Positions 49,988-59,506 of a stretch of DNA of 64,000 nucleotides are shown here, in pieces. This stretch comes from Opitutaceae bacterium. GTDB lineage: Bacteria; Verrucomicrobiota; Verrucomicrobiia; Opitutales; Opitutaceae. The notes beneath the pieces are model-generated. The model ran no database searches. It had not been told where the DNA came from and saw nothing but the letters and a program-made list of their open reading frames with translations. How positions within the stretch are numbered: the stretch's first letter is position 1; each line of letters opens with the position of its first letter. The stretch spans positions 59,066 to 123,065 of the forward strand of contig JAIXWY010000015.1 of the NCBI GenBank assembly GCA_027490995.1. The letters run 5' to 3'. A program made the translations under genes and the position numbers.

Positions 49988-50875
49988 ATGCCTCGCCTCG
50001 CCGCTTTTCCCAAGGCCTTCATCCGCGATCTGTGCACCCCGCAGGGGATGACCCTACAGGCCTGGGTCGACCTCGCGGCACCGCTGCGCCTCGATGGATT
50101 GGAATTCTACAGCGGTTTCTGGGAGCTGGCCGACCGCAGCCGTTGGGCCGGCCTCCGGCGCAGCGTGGAGAGCGCCGGAATGACGATCCCGATGCTCTGC
50201 TGCTCGCCCGATTTTAGCCTGCCCGAGGGCGAGGCCCGGCAGCGCGAGATCGCGCGCGAGCAGGACTGGATCCGCATGGCCGCCGAACTCGGCGCGCGCT
50301 ACTGCCGCGTCCTCTCCGGCCAGCGCCGCCCCGAACTCACCCGCCAGCAGGGACTCGACCTCGTCGTCGGCTGCATCGAGGCCTGTCTTCCGGTGGCGGA
50401 GTCGTGCGGCGTCACGCTCATCCTCGAGAATCACTACAAGGACGACTTCTGGAGCTATCCGGAGTTCGCGCAGAAGATGGATGTCTTCTGCGAACTTGTC
50501 GACCGCCTGCACCATCCGTATTTCGGGGTCAACTACGACCCCAGCAACGCCTTCCTGGCCGGCGATGATCCGCTGGAACTGCTGCGGCGCGTGAAGCACC
50601 GGGTCGTGACGATGCACGCGAGCGACCGTACGTTGATTTCCGGCACCTTGGAGGATTTGCGGCGCGAGGAAGGCGGTGTCGAAGGCTACGTGAAGCGCCT
50701 CCGCCATGGCACGATCGGGCGCGGCCTGAACGACTACGACGCCATCTTCCGCGAGCTCCGCTCGGTGGGTTTTGATAGCTGGATCAGCATCGAGGACGGC
50801 GTGGAAGGCATGGACCAGCTGGTGGAAAGCGCCCGCTTCCTCCGCGAGAAAATTGCCCAGCACTGGCGGGCCTGA
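49988..50875 (+). CDS. sugar phosphate isomerase/epimerase (xylose isomerase-like TIM barrel, AP endonuclease 2 family)
   Basis: 295-aa ORF. LDGLEFYSGF..., VTLILENHYKDDFW..., VNYDPSNA..., ISIEDG... is the typical TIM-barrel pattern of UlaE/SgbU/IolE-like enzymes. Confidence 0.82.
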   Translation: MPRLAAFPKAFIRDLCTPQGMTLQAWVDLAAPLRLDGLEFYSGFWELADRSRWAGLRRSVESAGMTIPMLCCSPDFSLPEGEARQREIAREQDWIRMAAELGARYCRVLSGQRRPELTRQQGLDLVVGCIEACLPVAESCGVTLILENHYKDDFWSYPEFAQKMDVFCELVDRLHHPYFGVNYDPSNAFLAGDDPLELLRRVKHRVVTMHASDRTLISGTLEDLRREEGGVEGYVKRLRHGTIGRGLNDYDAIFRELRSVGFDSWISIEDGVEGMDQLVESARFLREKIAQHWRA

Positions 50876-50956
50876 CGCCCCTCGCGCCTCCCGCGACGCC
50901 TCCGTTGCTCCGGTTCGACCGGGTCGGCGAGGTAAGCCGGAGGCGCCCATCACACC

Positions 50957-52282
50957 ATGAATCTATTCGCTGAGCTCCTGATCCTGTTCCTCCTGCTGGT
51001 GCTGAACGGCATCTTTGCCATGGCGGAAATCGCCGTGGTGTCGTCGCGCAAGGCGCGGCTGAAGAAGCTGGCCGACGAAGGATCGACCCGGGCGAGCGTG
51101 GCCTTGGCGCTGGCTAACAGTCCGGACCGGTTTCTCTCGACGGTGCAGATCGGGATCACCTTGGTCGGCGTCTTGGCGGGCGCCTTCGGTGGCGCCACGC
51201 TGTCGGACGAGTTCGAACCGGTGATCGCGGCGATCCCGTCGCTGGCCCCGTACGCAGGCATCCTCTCGATGGCGCTGGTCGTCGGCGTCATCACTTATCT
51301 CTCGCTGGTCATCGGCGAACTCGTCCCGAAGCGCATCGCGCTGTCCAACCCGGAGCGTCGTGCGATGCTCGTGGCGGGAGCGATGACGAGCCTCTCGCGG
51401 CTCGCGGCGCCGTTTGTCTGGTTACTCACAGTCTCTTCCGACCTCGTGCTCAAGGTCTTTGGTCTGGCCAAGGAGGTCGACGCGCCGCCCTCCGAGGAGG
51501 AGGTGACGCACATGATCGAGCAGGGCACGACGGCCGGCGTCTTCCACAAGGCCGAGCGCGCGATGGTCGAGGGCGTCCTCCGGCTCGACGAACGCTCCGT
51601 CACCGAGATCATGACGCGGCGGACGAAGATCGTCTGGCTCAACGTTTCCGACGTCGACGAATCCAACTGGCGCAAGATCGTCGCCAGCGGCCATTCCCAG
51701 TTTCCCGTCTACGAGGGCACCCGCGATCACGTGCTCGGCATGGTGTCCGTGAAGTCGCTTTGGGCCAACGCCGCCGCTGGCGTGCCGAACAGCATTCGCA
51801 ATCACCTCATGCCGCCGCTGTTCGTGCCCACCACGATCAACGTCGTGCAGCTCCTCGAACTCTTCCAGAAGTCCGGCAAGCACATCGCCCTCGTCACCGA
51901 TGAATTCGGCAGCGTGCAGGGACTCGTGACTTTGATCGACGTCATGGAGGCCATTGTCGGCGACCTGCCGGAGCCCGGTGACCGCCGCTCCCCCGACGCG
52001 CAGCAGCGCGACGATGGTTCGTGGCTGGTCGACGGCAGCATGGCGATCGACGATTTCCGGCGGCGCTTCGGCTTCCCCGCCTTGCCTGGACAGGAGGATG
52101 GCGACTTCGAGACGGTCGGTGGCTTCGTGGTGGATCGGCTCGGCCGCATCCCCAATGCAGGGGAACACTTTACGTGGAATGGGCGGCGCTTTGAGGTGGT
52201 CGACATGGACCGCCACCGGGTGGACAAGATCCTTCTCGGCGCCCCTCCGGCGCCTCCGTCCGTAGGGTCAGGGGCAGATTGA
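50957..52282 (+). CDS. hemolysin-family / CNNM-type protein (DUF21 + CBS pair + CorC_HlyC)
   Basis: N-terminal LLILFLLLVLNGIFAMAEIAVVSSRKARLKKLADEG, then FLSTVQIGITLVG. CBS region: VTEIMTRRTKIVWL...FPVY. C-terminal GEHFTWNGRRFEVVDMDRHRVDKILL. Confidence 0.88.
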   Translation: MNLFAELLILFLLLVLNGIFAMAEIAVVSSRKARLKKLADEGSTRASVALALANSPDRFLSTVQIGITLVGVLAGAFGGATLSDEFEPVIAAIPSLAPYAGILSMALVVGVITYLSLVIGELVPKRIALSNPERRAMLVAGAMTSLSRLAAPFVWLLTVSSDLVLKVFGLAKEVDAPPSEEEVTHMIEQGTTAGVFHKAERAMVEGVLRLDERSVTEIMTRRTKIVWLNVSDVDESNWRKIVASGHSQFPVYEGTRDHVLGMVSVKSLWANAAAGVPNSIRNHLMPPLFVPTTINVVQLLELFQKSGKHIALVTDEFGSVQGLVTLIDVMEAIVGDLPEPGDRRSPDAQQRDDGSWLVDGSMAIDDFRRRFGFPALPGQEDGDFETVGGFVVDRLGRIPNAGEHFTWNGRRFEVVDMDRHRVDKILLGAPPAPPSVGSGAD

Positions 52283-52315
52283 GCGGACCACTCCGGTCTC
52301 TCCGGGCAAAAAAGT

Positions 52316-52356
52316 GGCGGGCCGTGTACCCCTACACGGCCCGCCTTTGCTTTCTT
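52316..52356. terminator. strong hairpin terminator (A-run / stem / T-rich tail, potentially bidirectional)
   Basis: AAAAAA precedes GGCGGGCCGTGT (52316-52327), which pairs with ACACGGCCCGCC (52334-52345), followed by TTTGCTTTCTT. It sits 34 nt after the stop of the hemolysin-family gene. Confidence 0.6.
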
Positions 52357-52594
52357 AGTTACCCCAAAACTCCCGCTAGGCGGGAGAAGTGTTCTTACAG
52401 GGAAGACAGAACTCTGCTTGGAAGGTTCCGTCAATCTTCACCGAACGAATTTCCGACCTATTAGCGGCAGCATCGCCCCCTGTAAGCGAGGGACACAGTC
52501 GTTCTCGGTGGCCTGAACGTTATTAAGTACCTGATAAAAAACTACTTGTGAATTGATTCGACCTCATTGCCCAGACTTTGCACGGTTCAGGGCC

Positions 52595-53953
52595 GTGAAC
52601 CCCTTCGAAGCCCCCTTCACGGTTACCCGTCGTCGTTTTCTCCAGCGTTGCGCGGCCGCTGCCGCTGCCACTGGTCTTCCGATGTGGTTCATAGAAAGGC
52701 AGTTGAGTGCCAATGAGGCGGCGACTGCGAAGGTCGCGGCGAATGATCGGCCCGGCGTGGCGTTGGTGGGATGCGGGGGAATGGGAACCGTGGATGCGCG
52801 GAATGCGGCGAATTACGGTGACGTGGTGGCGGTCTGCGATGTCGACGCAGATCAGGCGGCGGCGGCGGCGGCGAAGCTGACGGTGGAGGGAAAAGCGCCG
52901 CCGCAGGTTTACCGGGATTTCCGCCGGATGCTGGAGCGTTCCGATGTGCAGATCGTGCTGAACGGAACGCCGGATCACTGGCACACGCTGGTCAATCTCG
53001 GGGCGGTCCGGGCTGGCAAGGACGTGTACTCGGAGAAGCCGCTCACGTTGACGATTGATGAGGGCCGCCGTCTGGTGGCGGAGACCCGCAAGCACGGTCG
53101 CGTGCTGCAGACCGGCACACAGCAGCGGAGTTCGCAGCGTTTCCGTATGGCGTGCGAATTGGTCCGCAACGGTCGCATCGGTCGGCTGCAGGACGTGAAG
53201 GTCTGGCTGCCGGCGGGATTGCGGGAGGGTCCGTTTGCGACGGCGGCGACTCCGGCCGCGCTGGACTGGGATTTCTGGCAGGGACAGGCACCGCGGGTCG
53301 ACTACGTGCCGGAACGTACGCACGTGAAATTCCGTTTCTGGTACGATTACTCCGGCGGCACCACGACCGATTGGGGCGCGCATCATATCGATATCGCCTC
53401 GTGGGCGATCGGCGAAACCACGCCCGTGCGGATCGAGTCGACCCGCCTCTCCGAACCGATTCCGGGAGGTTTCACCGCGGTGAGCGATTACGAGGTGCGT
53501 CTCTTTTACCGGAGTGGGGTGCGGTTGACGGTGGCGACGACCCGTGATGACGACATCTTCGGGCGGGTCGCGAATCCCCAGGGTCAGCGCAACGGCCTTC
53601 GTTTCGAAGGCACGAACGGCTGGATCTGGGTGAATCGAAGCGAGCTCCGGGCGAGCGATCCGGAGTTGCTGCGTACGCCGCTGGCGGCGGACGCGCTGCG
53701 ATTCGAAGTCAGCATCGACCACATGCAGAACTTCATGGAATGCGTCCGCTCGCGGCGCGCACCGATTTGCGATGTGGAGGTGGGCCATCGTTCGGCGACG
53801 GTCTGTCATCTTGGGACGATCGCTTTGCGCACCGGGCGCGCGCTGACCTGGGACCCGGAGACGGAGCGCTTTACCGGCGACCATGCGGCCGAGGGCAATG
53901 CGCACGTGGCCCGGGAAATGCGCGCACCTTACGACTATAGCTTTGTGGCCTGA
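52595..53953 (+). CDS. Gfo/Idh/MocA-family oxidoreductase with twin-arginine signal
   Basis: ORF 52553..53953 (TTG); I prefer the GVG-context GTG at 52595. Tat motif TRRRFLQRCAAAAAATGLP. Rossmann segment GVALVGCGGMGTVDARN. Also contains EKPLTLTIDEG. The start is uncertain. Confidence 0.85.
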   Translation: MNPFEAPFTVTRRRFLQRCAAAAAATGLPMWFIERQLSANEAATAKVAANDRPGVALVGCGGMGTVDARNAANYGDVVAVCDVDADQAAAAAAKLTVEGKAPPQVYRDFRRMLERSDVQIVLNGTPDHWHTLVNLGAVRAGKDVYSEKPLTLTIDEGRRLVAETRKHGRVLQTGTQQRSSQRFRMACELVRNGRIGRLQDVKVWLPAGLREGPFATAATPAALDWDFWQGQAPRVDYVPERTHVKFRFWYDYSGGTTTDWGAHHIDIASWAIGETTPVRIESTRLSEPIPGGFTAVSDYEVRLFYRSGVRLTVATTRDDDIFGRVANPQGQRNGLRFEGTNGWIWVNRSELRASDPELLRTPLAADALRFEVSIDHMQNFMECVRSRRAPICDVEVGHRSATVCHLGTIALRTGRALTWDPETERFTGDHAAEGNAHVAREMRAPYDYSFVA

Positions 53954-53997
53954 GGGATGGCAGTGACGCCGTCCCTTGCGGCCCGGGCGATCGAATC

Positions 53998-55671
53998 ATG
54001 ACGAATCGAAGGCAGCTCGGCAGTCAAAACAGGTTCGCTCGGGCGCTGCGGCGCGGAGTGGTGACACTCGCGTGCGTCGTGGGCGTGACGGGCATGGGTG
54101 CGCAGCCGACGGCGGGTACCGGAGTGGTGCCGCGTGCGTCTGATCACGCGGGGTCTGCTGGTTCTGGGACGGGAGGGAGTGCCGAGGTGCGCGGAGCCAG
54201 CGGCGCTGTCCCGACCGCGGGGCGGGTCGCCCCGGCCCCGATCACGGCTGCCGCGCTCCGCGCAGAGTTGGAAACGATGCTGGCAGCACCGCGCTTTGCG
54301 GGAGCCCAGTGGGCCGTGAGCGTGGTGTCGCTGCAGACCGGTGAGGTGCTCTTTAGCCACGGCGCGGAGCGGCGGATGAGTCCCGCATCCAACGCCAAGC
54401 TCTTTACCGCGGCGCTCGCGCTGGATCGGCTAGGTGGGGCGAGCCGCCTGGAGACGCGCGTACTCGCGACCCAGCCCGTGGATGGAGCCGGCGTGTTGCG
54501 GGGTGACCTCGTGATCGCCGGTCGAGGTGACCCGGGCTGGAATCCGCGGCGATCGGGTCAGCCGTGGGAGGAGATCTTTACGCCGATCGTGGAGGTGCTG
54601 CGGCGCGCGGGCGTGCGGCGGATCACGGGCGACGTGGTCGCCGACGGAACGTACCTGCGCGTGCCGCCCTTTGGGGCAAGTTGGACCGCGGACGACCTCA
54701 TGGAGGACTACGGCGCGGAGGTGTCGGGCATCGTCCTCGACGAGAACTACGTCGAATTCGAGGTCGCGCCCGGTGCGGCAGCCGGCGCGGCGGCGAGCGC
54801 GGTGTGGCGGCGGCTGGGGCATGGACTGACGCTGGACAACCGGGTCGTTACCGGTCCCGCGGACAGTGAGCCCGCGCTGCGGGTGATGCGTTTTCCTGGC
54901 GAGGCGACGGTGCGGGTGCTGGGCACGATTCCGGTGGCGGCGAAGCCCCGGGTGCTGGAGGCCACGGTGCCGCGGCCGGCCGATTGGTATGCGGCGGAGT
55001 TGGTGGCCGCGCTGCGCGGCGCCGGAATTGCGGTCGACGGTCGGTCGCGCGGCGTGCGCTGGCCGGAGGCGCCCGAGGCCCCGCGGGCCTCGGTGACCCT
55101 CGGCGCTGTGGCGTCGGCGCCGGTGCGGGAGATGGTGCGGGTGATGATGAAGGATTCGAACAACCTGCGGGCCAACCTCCTCTTCGATCTCGCGGGGGAG
55201 CTGACGCGGCTGCCGGTTACCTTTGCGTGGCGCACCTCGGAGGAACTCGGTGCGGCGGACCTGCAGGCCTTTCTACGCGAGCAGGGGATCCCCGCGGCGG
55301 AGGCGATTCTGGAGGAAGGTTCGGGACTCTCGCGTAACAGTTTGGTCAGCCCGGCGGTGATCGTCGCGTTGCTCCAACGCATGGCGGAGCACCGTGAAGC
55401 GGCGGCGTGGCTGGACGCTCTCCCGGTGGCCGGAGTGGACGGCTCGTTGCGCACGCGTTTCCGTGGTGGCCCGGCGGAGGGAAAGGTGTGGGCGAAGACG
55501 GGCACGCTGCGGTGGGCCCATTCGCTCTCCGGTTATGTCGAAACGGTCGGCGGGGCTCGACTGGCGTTCGCGGTGATGCTGAACCGCCATCGGGTGGAGC
55601 TAGGTGGTCCCGAGGCCCGGGCGGAGTTGGATGCGCTGGTGGAGCGGCTCGTGGCCTACGGCGGCCGCTGA
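53998..55671 (+). CDS. dacB: D-alanyl-D-alanine carboxypeptidase/endopeptidase (PBP4, peptidase S13)
   Basis: SxxK motif PASNAKLFTAALAL, SxN motif KDSNNL, and KTG motif WAKTGTL. Length and N-terminal signal region fit PBP4. Confidence 0.85.
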   Translation: MTNRRQLGSQNRFARALRRGVVTLACVVGVTGMGAQPTAGTGVVPRASDHAGSAGSGTGGSAEVRGASGAVPTAGRVAPAPITAAALRAELETMLAAPRFAGAQWAVSVVSLQTGEVLFSHGAERRMSPASNAKLFTAALALDRLGGASRLETRVLATQPVDGAGVLRGDLVIAGRGDPGWNPRRSGQPWEEIFTPIVEVLRRAGVRRITGDVVADGTYLRVPPFGASWTADDLMEDYGAEVSGIVLDENYVEFEVAPGAAAGAAASAVWRRLGHGLTLDNRVVTGPADSEPALRVMRFPGEATVRVLGTIPVAAKPRVLEATVPRPADWYAAELVAALRGAGIAVDGRSRGVRWPEAPEAPRASVTLGAVASAPVREMVRVMMKDSNNLRANLLFDLAGELTRLPVTFAWRTSEELGAADLQAFLREQGIPAAEAILEEGSGLSRNSLVSPAVIVALLQRMAEHREAAAWLDALPVAGVDGSLRTRFRGGPAEGKVWAKTGTLRWAHSLSGYVETVGGARLAFAVMLNRHRVELGGPEARAELDALVERLVAYGGR

Positions 55672-55748
55672 GCGCGGCGGCCGACGGGGCTGGACCTGCG
55701 CGATTCAGGGATTGCGGCGGGGAATGCCCCCGGCTCGGCTAGCGGCGC

Positions 55749-56924
55749 ATGAGCGGATCCGAACGACTCACTTCCCTGGATGCGTTTCGCGGGGCGACCG
55801 TGGCGGCGATGTTGCTCGTCAACAATCCAGGCTCCTGGTCCCACGTTTATCCTCCGCTGCGGCACGCGCCCTGGCATGGCTGGACCTTCACCGACCTCAT
55901 CTTTCCCTGCTTCCTCTGGATCGTGGGGTTGTCGATGGCGCTGTCCTTTGCGCGGCGTACTGGCGTGGGCGGCGGTGTCCCGGCCGCCGATCGGTGCGAG
56001 GCGATGCCTCAGGGCCGTGGATTGGCGCGGCACATCTTCACCCGCTCGGCGATCCTGTTTGGGCTGGGTCTGTTCCTTGCGGCTTTTCCTTTCGGGCTGC
56101 TGGGTGATTCCTTCGCGCTCGCGACCCTGCGCATTCCGGGCGTCCTGCAGCGCATCGCGCTCTGCTTTCTGATCGCGAGCCCGTTCGTCCTGTATTGCCG
56201 CTGGCGCGGCCAAGTGCTGGCGGCGCTGGGACTCCTCGTGGGGTATGCGGCGCTGCTGCTGGCGGTCCCGGTGCCCGGGCATGGACCTGGCGTGCTGGAG
56301 CCGATCGGGAACCTGCCGGGCTGGCTCGATGCGTGGCTGTTGGCCGGGCATACGTGGTCGGGCGCTCCGGCGCCGGGCTTTGATCCGGAGGGCATTCTCT
56401 CCACGCTCCCGGCGGTCGCTTCGACGCTCCTCGGTGCGGCGATGGCCCCGCTGCTCACCCTGCCGGTCGGTCCGGCGCGACGTGCCGGAGCGCTGGTCCT
56501 CACGGGAGTGGGGCTCGTGGCGTTGGGACTGATGATCGGGAAGTGGATGCCGGTGAACAAGAACCTCTGGACCCCTTCCTTCACGTTGCTCATGGCGGGG
56601 TGGTCGGCGTTGTTCTACGGCGTGTTCTACGGAGTGATCGAGGCCGCCGGCTGGCGGCGGTGGGCGATCCCCTTCACCCTCTATGGGCGCAACGCGATCG
56701 CGGTGTACGTCTTTGCGGGGCTCATGGCGCGGTTGCTGTATCTGATTTCGTGGACCGGGGCAGAGGGCGAAAAGATGACCCCGAAGCAATGGGTGGCGGA
56801 CGGGGTTTCGAGCCTGCTGGGCTCGGGTCCGCTGGCGTCGCTGGTCTTCGCCGTGGGCTTTGTCGGCGTGAGTTTTCTCTTTGCGTGGGTGCTCTGGCGG
56901 CGCCGGTGGTTGATCAAAGTCTAG
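55749..56924 (+). CDS. polytopic acyltransferase-like membrane protein (heparan-alpha-glucosaminide N-acetyltransferase-like, DUF1624/DUF5009 type)
   Basis: RLTSLDAFRGATVAAMLLVNNPGSWSHVYPPLRHAPWHGWTFTDLIFPCFLWIVG... plus about 10 further TM helices. Assignment is from the N-terminal motif pattern. Confidence 0.7.
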   Translation: MSGSERLTSLDAFRGATVAAMLLVNNPGSWSHVYPPLRHAPWHGWTFTDLIFPCFLWIVGLSMALSFARRTGVGGGVPAADRCEAMPQGRGLARHIFTRSAILFGLGLFLAAFPFGLLGDSFALATLRIPGVLQRIALCFLIASPFVLYCRWRGQVLAALGLLVGYAALLLAVPVPGHGPGVLEPIGNLPGWLDAWLLAGHTWSGAPAPGFDPEGILSTLPAVASTLLGAAMAPLLTLPVGPARRAGALVLTGVGLVALGLMIGKWMPVNKNLWTPSFTLLMAGWSALFYGVFYGVIEAAGWRRWAIPFTLYGRNAIAVYVFAGLMARLLYLISWTGAEGEKMTPKQWVADGVSSLLGSGPLASLVFAVGFVGVSFLFAWVLWRRRWLIKV

Positions 56925-57060
56925 GCCGCGGCGAGCGCGGTGCGGAGAGACTGCGGTGAGCTGCCGCGAAAGCCGGGCTCGCCAGTCGGCGGTCGGGAGG
57001 CCACGCTTGCGGTTCGGCGAGAGGGAGGAATCGTTTTCCTGATCCCGAGTGATCTGACCC

Positions 57061-58296
57061 ATGTCTGCTCCGTCGATTCCCGATTCCATTCTCCGGCTTC
57101 CCGCGCGCACCGCGGAGCTCGGCGCGTTGCTGGCGCGCTGGTGCGCGATCAATTCCGGCTCCGGTCACGGCGCTGGCCTAGAGCGGATGCGCCTGGCGCT
57201 GGCCGAGGCCTTCGCGCACGCGTTCCCGGCGGCGGAGATTCAGACCCTGGCGTCGGATGCGCCGGGACGAAACCCCGAGGGAGTGAAGTCGCTCCGCATC
57301 CGCCTCCGCCCCGAGGCACCGCGGCAGGTCCTGCTTTCTGGACATTACGACACGGTATTCGAGGCGGATGACCCTTTCCAGTCTTGCCGCTGGACCGACC
57401 CGGAGACCCTGAATGCTCCGGGAGCGGCGGACATGAAGGGCGGAATCCTCACGATCCTTGCGGCGCTGGAGGCGTTCGAGGCGGCGCCGGGTGCGGCGGG
57501 TTTGGGATGGGAGGTGCTGTTGACACCAGACGAAGAGACCGGATCGCACGGCACGCGGGCTCTCTTTCTCGAGGCCCGGCAGCGGTACGACTTTGGATTC
57601 GTGTTCGAACCGGCGCGACCGAACGGCGATCTCGTGCATTCGCGCAAAGGCACGGGGGTTTTCGTGGCGGTCTGCCACGGACGTGCGGCGCATGCGGCGA
57701 AGATTCCCAACGATGGCCGCAACGCGATCCTCGCGCTCGCCGAGTTCCTGCTCGCGGCGAGCCGCATCCCCGCCGAATTACCCGGCGTGATGGTGAACGT
57801 CGGCAACATCCGCGGCGGCTCCGCGGCGAGTAACGTGGTGCCGCACCTCGCCCAGGCCGAGATCGATGTCCGAGTCACACGGCTGTCCGACCGTGAGCCC
57901 CTTCTGGCGCGACTGCAGGCCCTGGTGGACGGCGTGAATGCGCGCGACGGGTTTCGCATGGAGTTGAAGGGCGGAATGAACCGTCCGCCGAAGGAGTGCA
58001 CAGCGGCGGAGGAGCACGTCTTCGCCGCGTGGCAGGCTGCGGCCGCGGACCTCGGGCAACCCGCGTTCACGTGGGTGCACACGGGTGGGGCATCGGATGG
58101 TAACTTCCTCTCCGCCGGCGGCCTCCCGAACCTCGACGGAGTCGGGCCGATCGGCGATCAACTGCACAGCGACCGCGAATTCTGCCGCATGCCCACTGTG
58201 GCGTCGCGCGCCCAGTTGGCGGCGCTGGTGCTCCACCGGATCGCCCACGGCCTCGTGCCGATCCCCCGCCACGCGCGGTCGTCGGCGACGGGCTGA
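57061..58296 (+). CDS. M20-family metallopeptidase (glutamate carboxypeptidase / CPG2-like)
   Basis: LLSGHYDTVF, PGAADMKGGI and LLTPDEETGSHG are the Zn-ligand and catalytic motifs of the M20/M25/M40 clan. Confidence 0.85.
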   Translation: MSAPSIPDSILRLPARTAELGALLARWCAINSGSGHGAGLERMRLALAEAFAHAFPAAEIQTLASDAPGRNPEGVKSLRIRLRPEAPRQVLLSGHYDTVFEADDPFQSCRWTDPETLNAPGAADMKGGILTILAALEAFEAAPGAAGLGWEVLLTPDEETGSHGTRALFLEARQRYDFGFVFEPARPNGDLVHSRKGTGVFVAVCHGRAAHAAKIPNDGRNAILALAEFLLAASRIPAELPGVMVNVGNIRGGSAASNVVPHLAQAEIDVRVTRLSDREPLLARLQALVDGVNARDGFRMELKGGMNRPPKECTAAEEHVFAAWQAAAADLGQPAFTWVHTGGASDGNFLSAGGLPNLDGVGPIGDQLHSDREFCRMPTVASRAQLAALVLHRIAHGLVPIPRHARSSATG

Positions 58297-58315
58297 CGCG
58301 ATCGTCGAGGGGCGG

Positions 58316-59431
58316 TCAGCCCGGGGGGAACCACGCTCCGAGCACGGCGGCCCGGCGGGCCCCGGTCACCGCGGGGAGACTCCCCGTCCGTCCCTCGACG
58401 TGGCGGTGGGCGAGCCACGCGAAGGCCATGGCCTCGATCCAGGCTCCGGGTACGCCCATCGCGTCGGTGGGGTTGATGGAGGACGCGGGGAGCGCGGTGC
58501 GCAGCGCCGCGACAAGGCGGGGATTCCGCGCGCCGCCACCGCAGAGCAGGACTTCGGGCGTCCGCAGGGCGGGCAAGGCGCGGACGGAATCCGCGATCGT
58601 CGTCGCGGTCAGCGCCACTAGCGTTGCCTGGACATCCGCATCGCTTGATCCCTGGCTCCGTCGGCGCAGACGAGGCTCCAGCCACGCGGTGGAGAAGTAC
58701 TCCGGTCCGGTGCTCTTCGGGGCCGGGAGGGCGAAAAACGGATCGTCGCGCAATGCCTCGAGCAGCAACGGATCGACGCGCCCGCAGGCGGCGAGGGCGC
58801 CGTCGCGGTCCATCGGCTCGCCCAGCACCCGCTGGCTCCAGCGGTCGAGCAGCGTGTTGCCGGGTCCGGTATCGAAGCCGAGCACGGGTGCAGCGGGATC
58901 GCCGGGGAGGGACGTGAGGTTGGCGATCCCGCCGATATTCACGACCACGCGATCCTGGCCCGGAACGCGGAAGATGCCTTCGTGGAAGGCTGGCACGAGC
59001 GGCGCCCCCTGACCGCCGAGGGCAACGTCCTTCCGGCGTACATCCGCGACCACCGGGATGCCGGTCTCGACGGCGATGACGTTCGGGTCACCGATCTGCA
59101 GCGTGAAGGGCGTGGCGAAGCTGGGACGGTGCCGGATGGTTTGTCCATGGCTGCCGATGGCGCGGATGGCGCTCGCCGGGAGGCCGGCCTTTGCGAGGAG
59201 TTCGTGGACGGTCCGGGCGATGAGGTGGGCGAGCCTGACATCGGCAACGCCGAGCCGATCGATCTCGTGATCGCCGGGGGTGGCTAGCCCGAGCAGTTGC
59301 TGCCGAAGCTCGGCGGGCAGGGGATGGCTGTGAGTGGCCACGAGGGTCGGCGCCGGTGAGAAGCGCACCACGGCCGCATCGACGGCGTCCATGCTGGTCC
59401 CCGACAGCGTGCCGATGAAAAGGTCGCTCAT
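58316..59431 (-). CDS. anmK: anhydro-N-acetylmuramic acid kinase
   Basis: ORF 58316..60283, trimmed to the ATG at 59431. MSDLFIGTLSGTSMDAVDAAVV..., IGSHGQTIRHRP, NIGGIANL, FDTGPGNTLLD. Confidence 0.9.
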   Translation of the reverse strand: MSDLFIGTLSGTSMDAVDAAVVRFSPAPTLVATHSHPLPAELRQQLLGLATPGDHEIDRLGVADVRLAHLIARTVHELLAKAGLPASAIRAIGSHGQTIRHRPSFATPFTLQIGDPNVIAVETGIPVVADVRRKDVALGGQGAPLVPAFHEGIFRVPGQDRVVVNIGGIANLTSLPGDPAAPVLGFDTGPGNTLLDRWSQRVLGEPMDRDGALAACGRVDPLLLEALRDDPFFALPAPKSTGPEYFSTAWLEPRLRRRSQGSSDADVQATLVALTATTIADSVRALPALRTPEVLLCGGGARNPRLVAALRTALPASSINPTDAMGVPGAWIEAMAFAWLAHRHVEGRTGSLPAVTGARRAAVLGAWFPPG

Positions 59432-59506
59432 CGGTGCAAACGAACCGGAGACCGAGGAAATCGGCTCGCCTCCGTTGCCAGCTCGCGGCGCAATCGGATC
59501 AGGTTC

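Noticed and set aside
55656-57152. 498-aa minus-strand ORF opposite the HGSNAT-like gene
   Set aside because: It is extremely Arg/Gln/Pro-rich and low in complexity, and is antisense to a convincing polytopic membrane protein gene.
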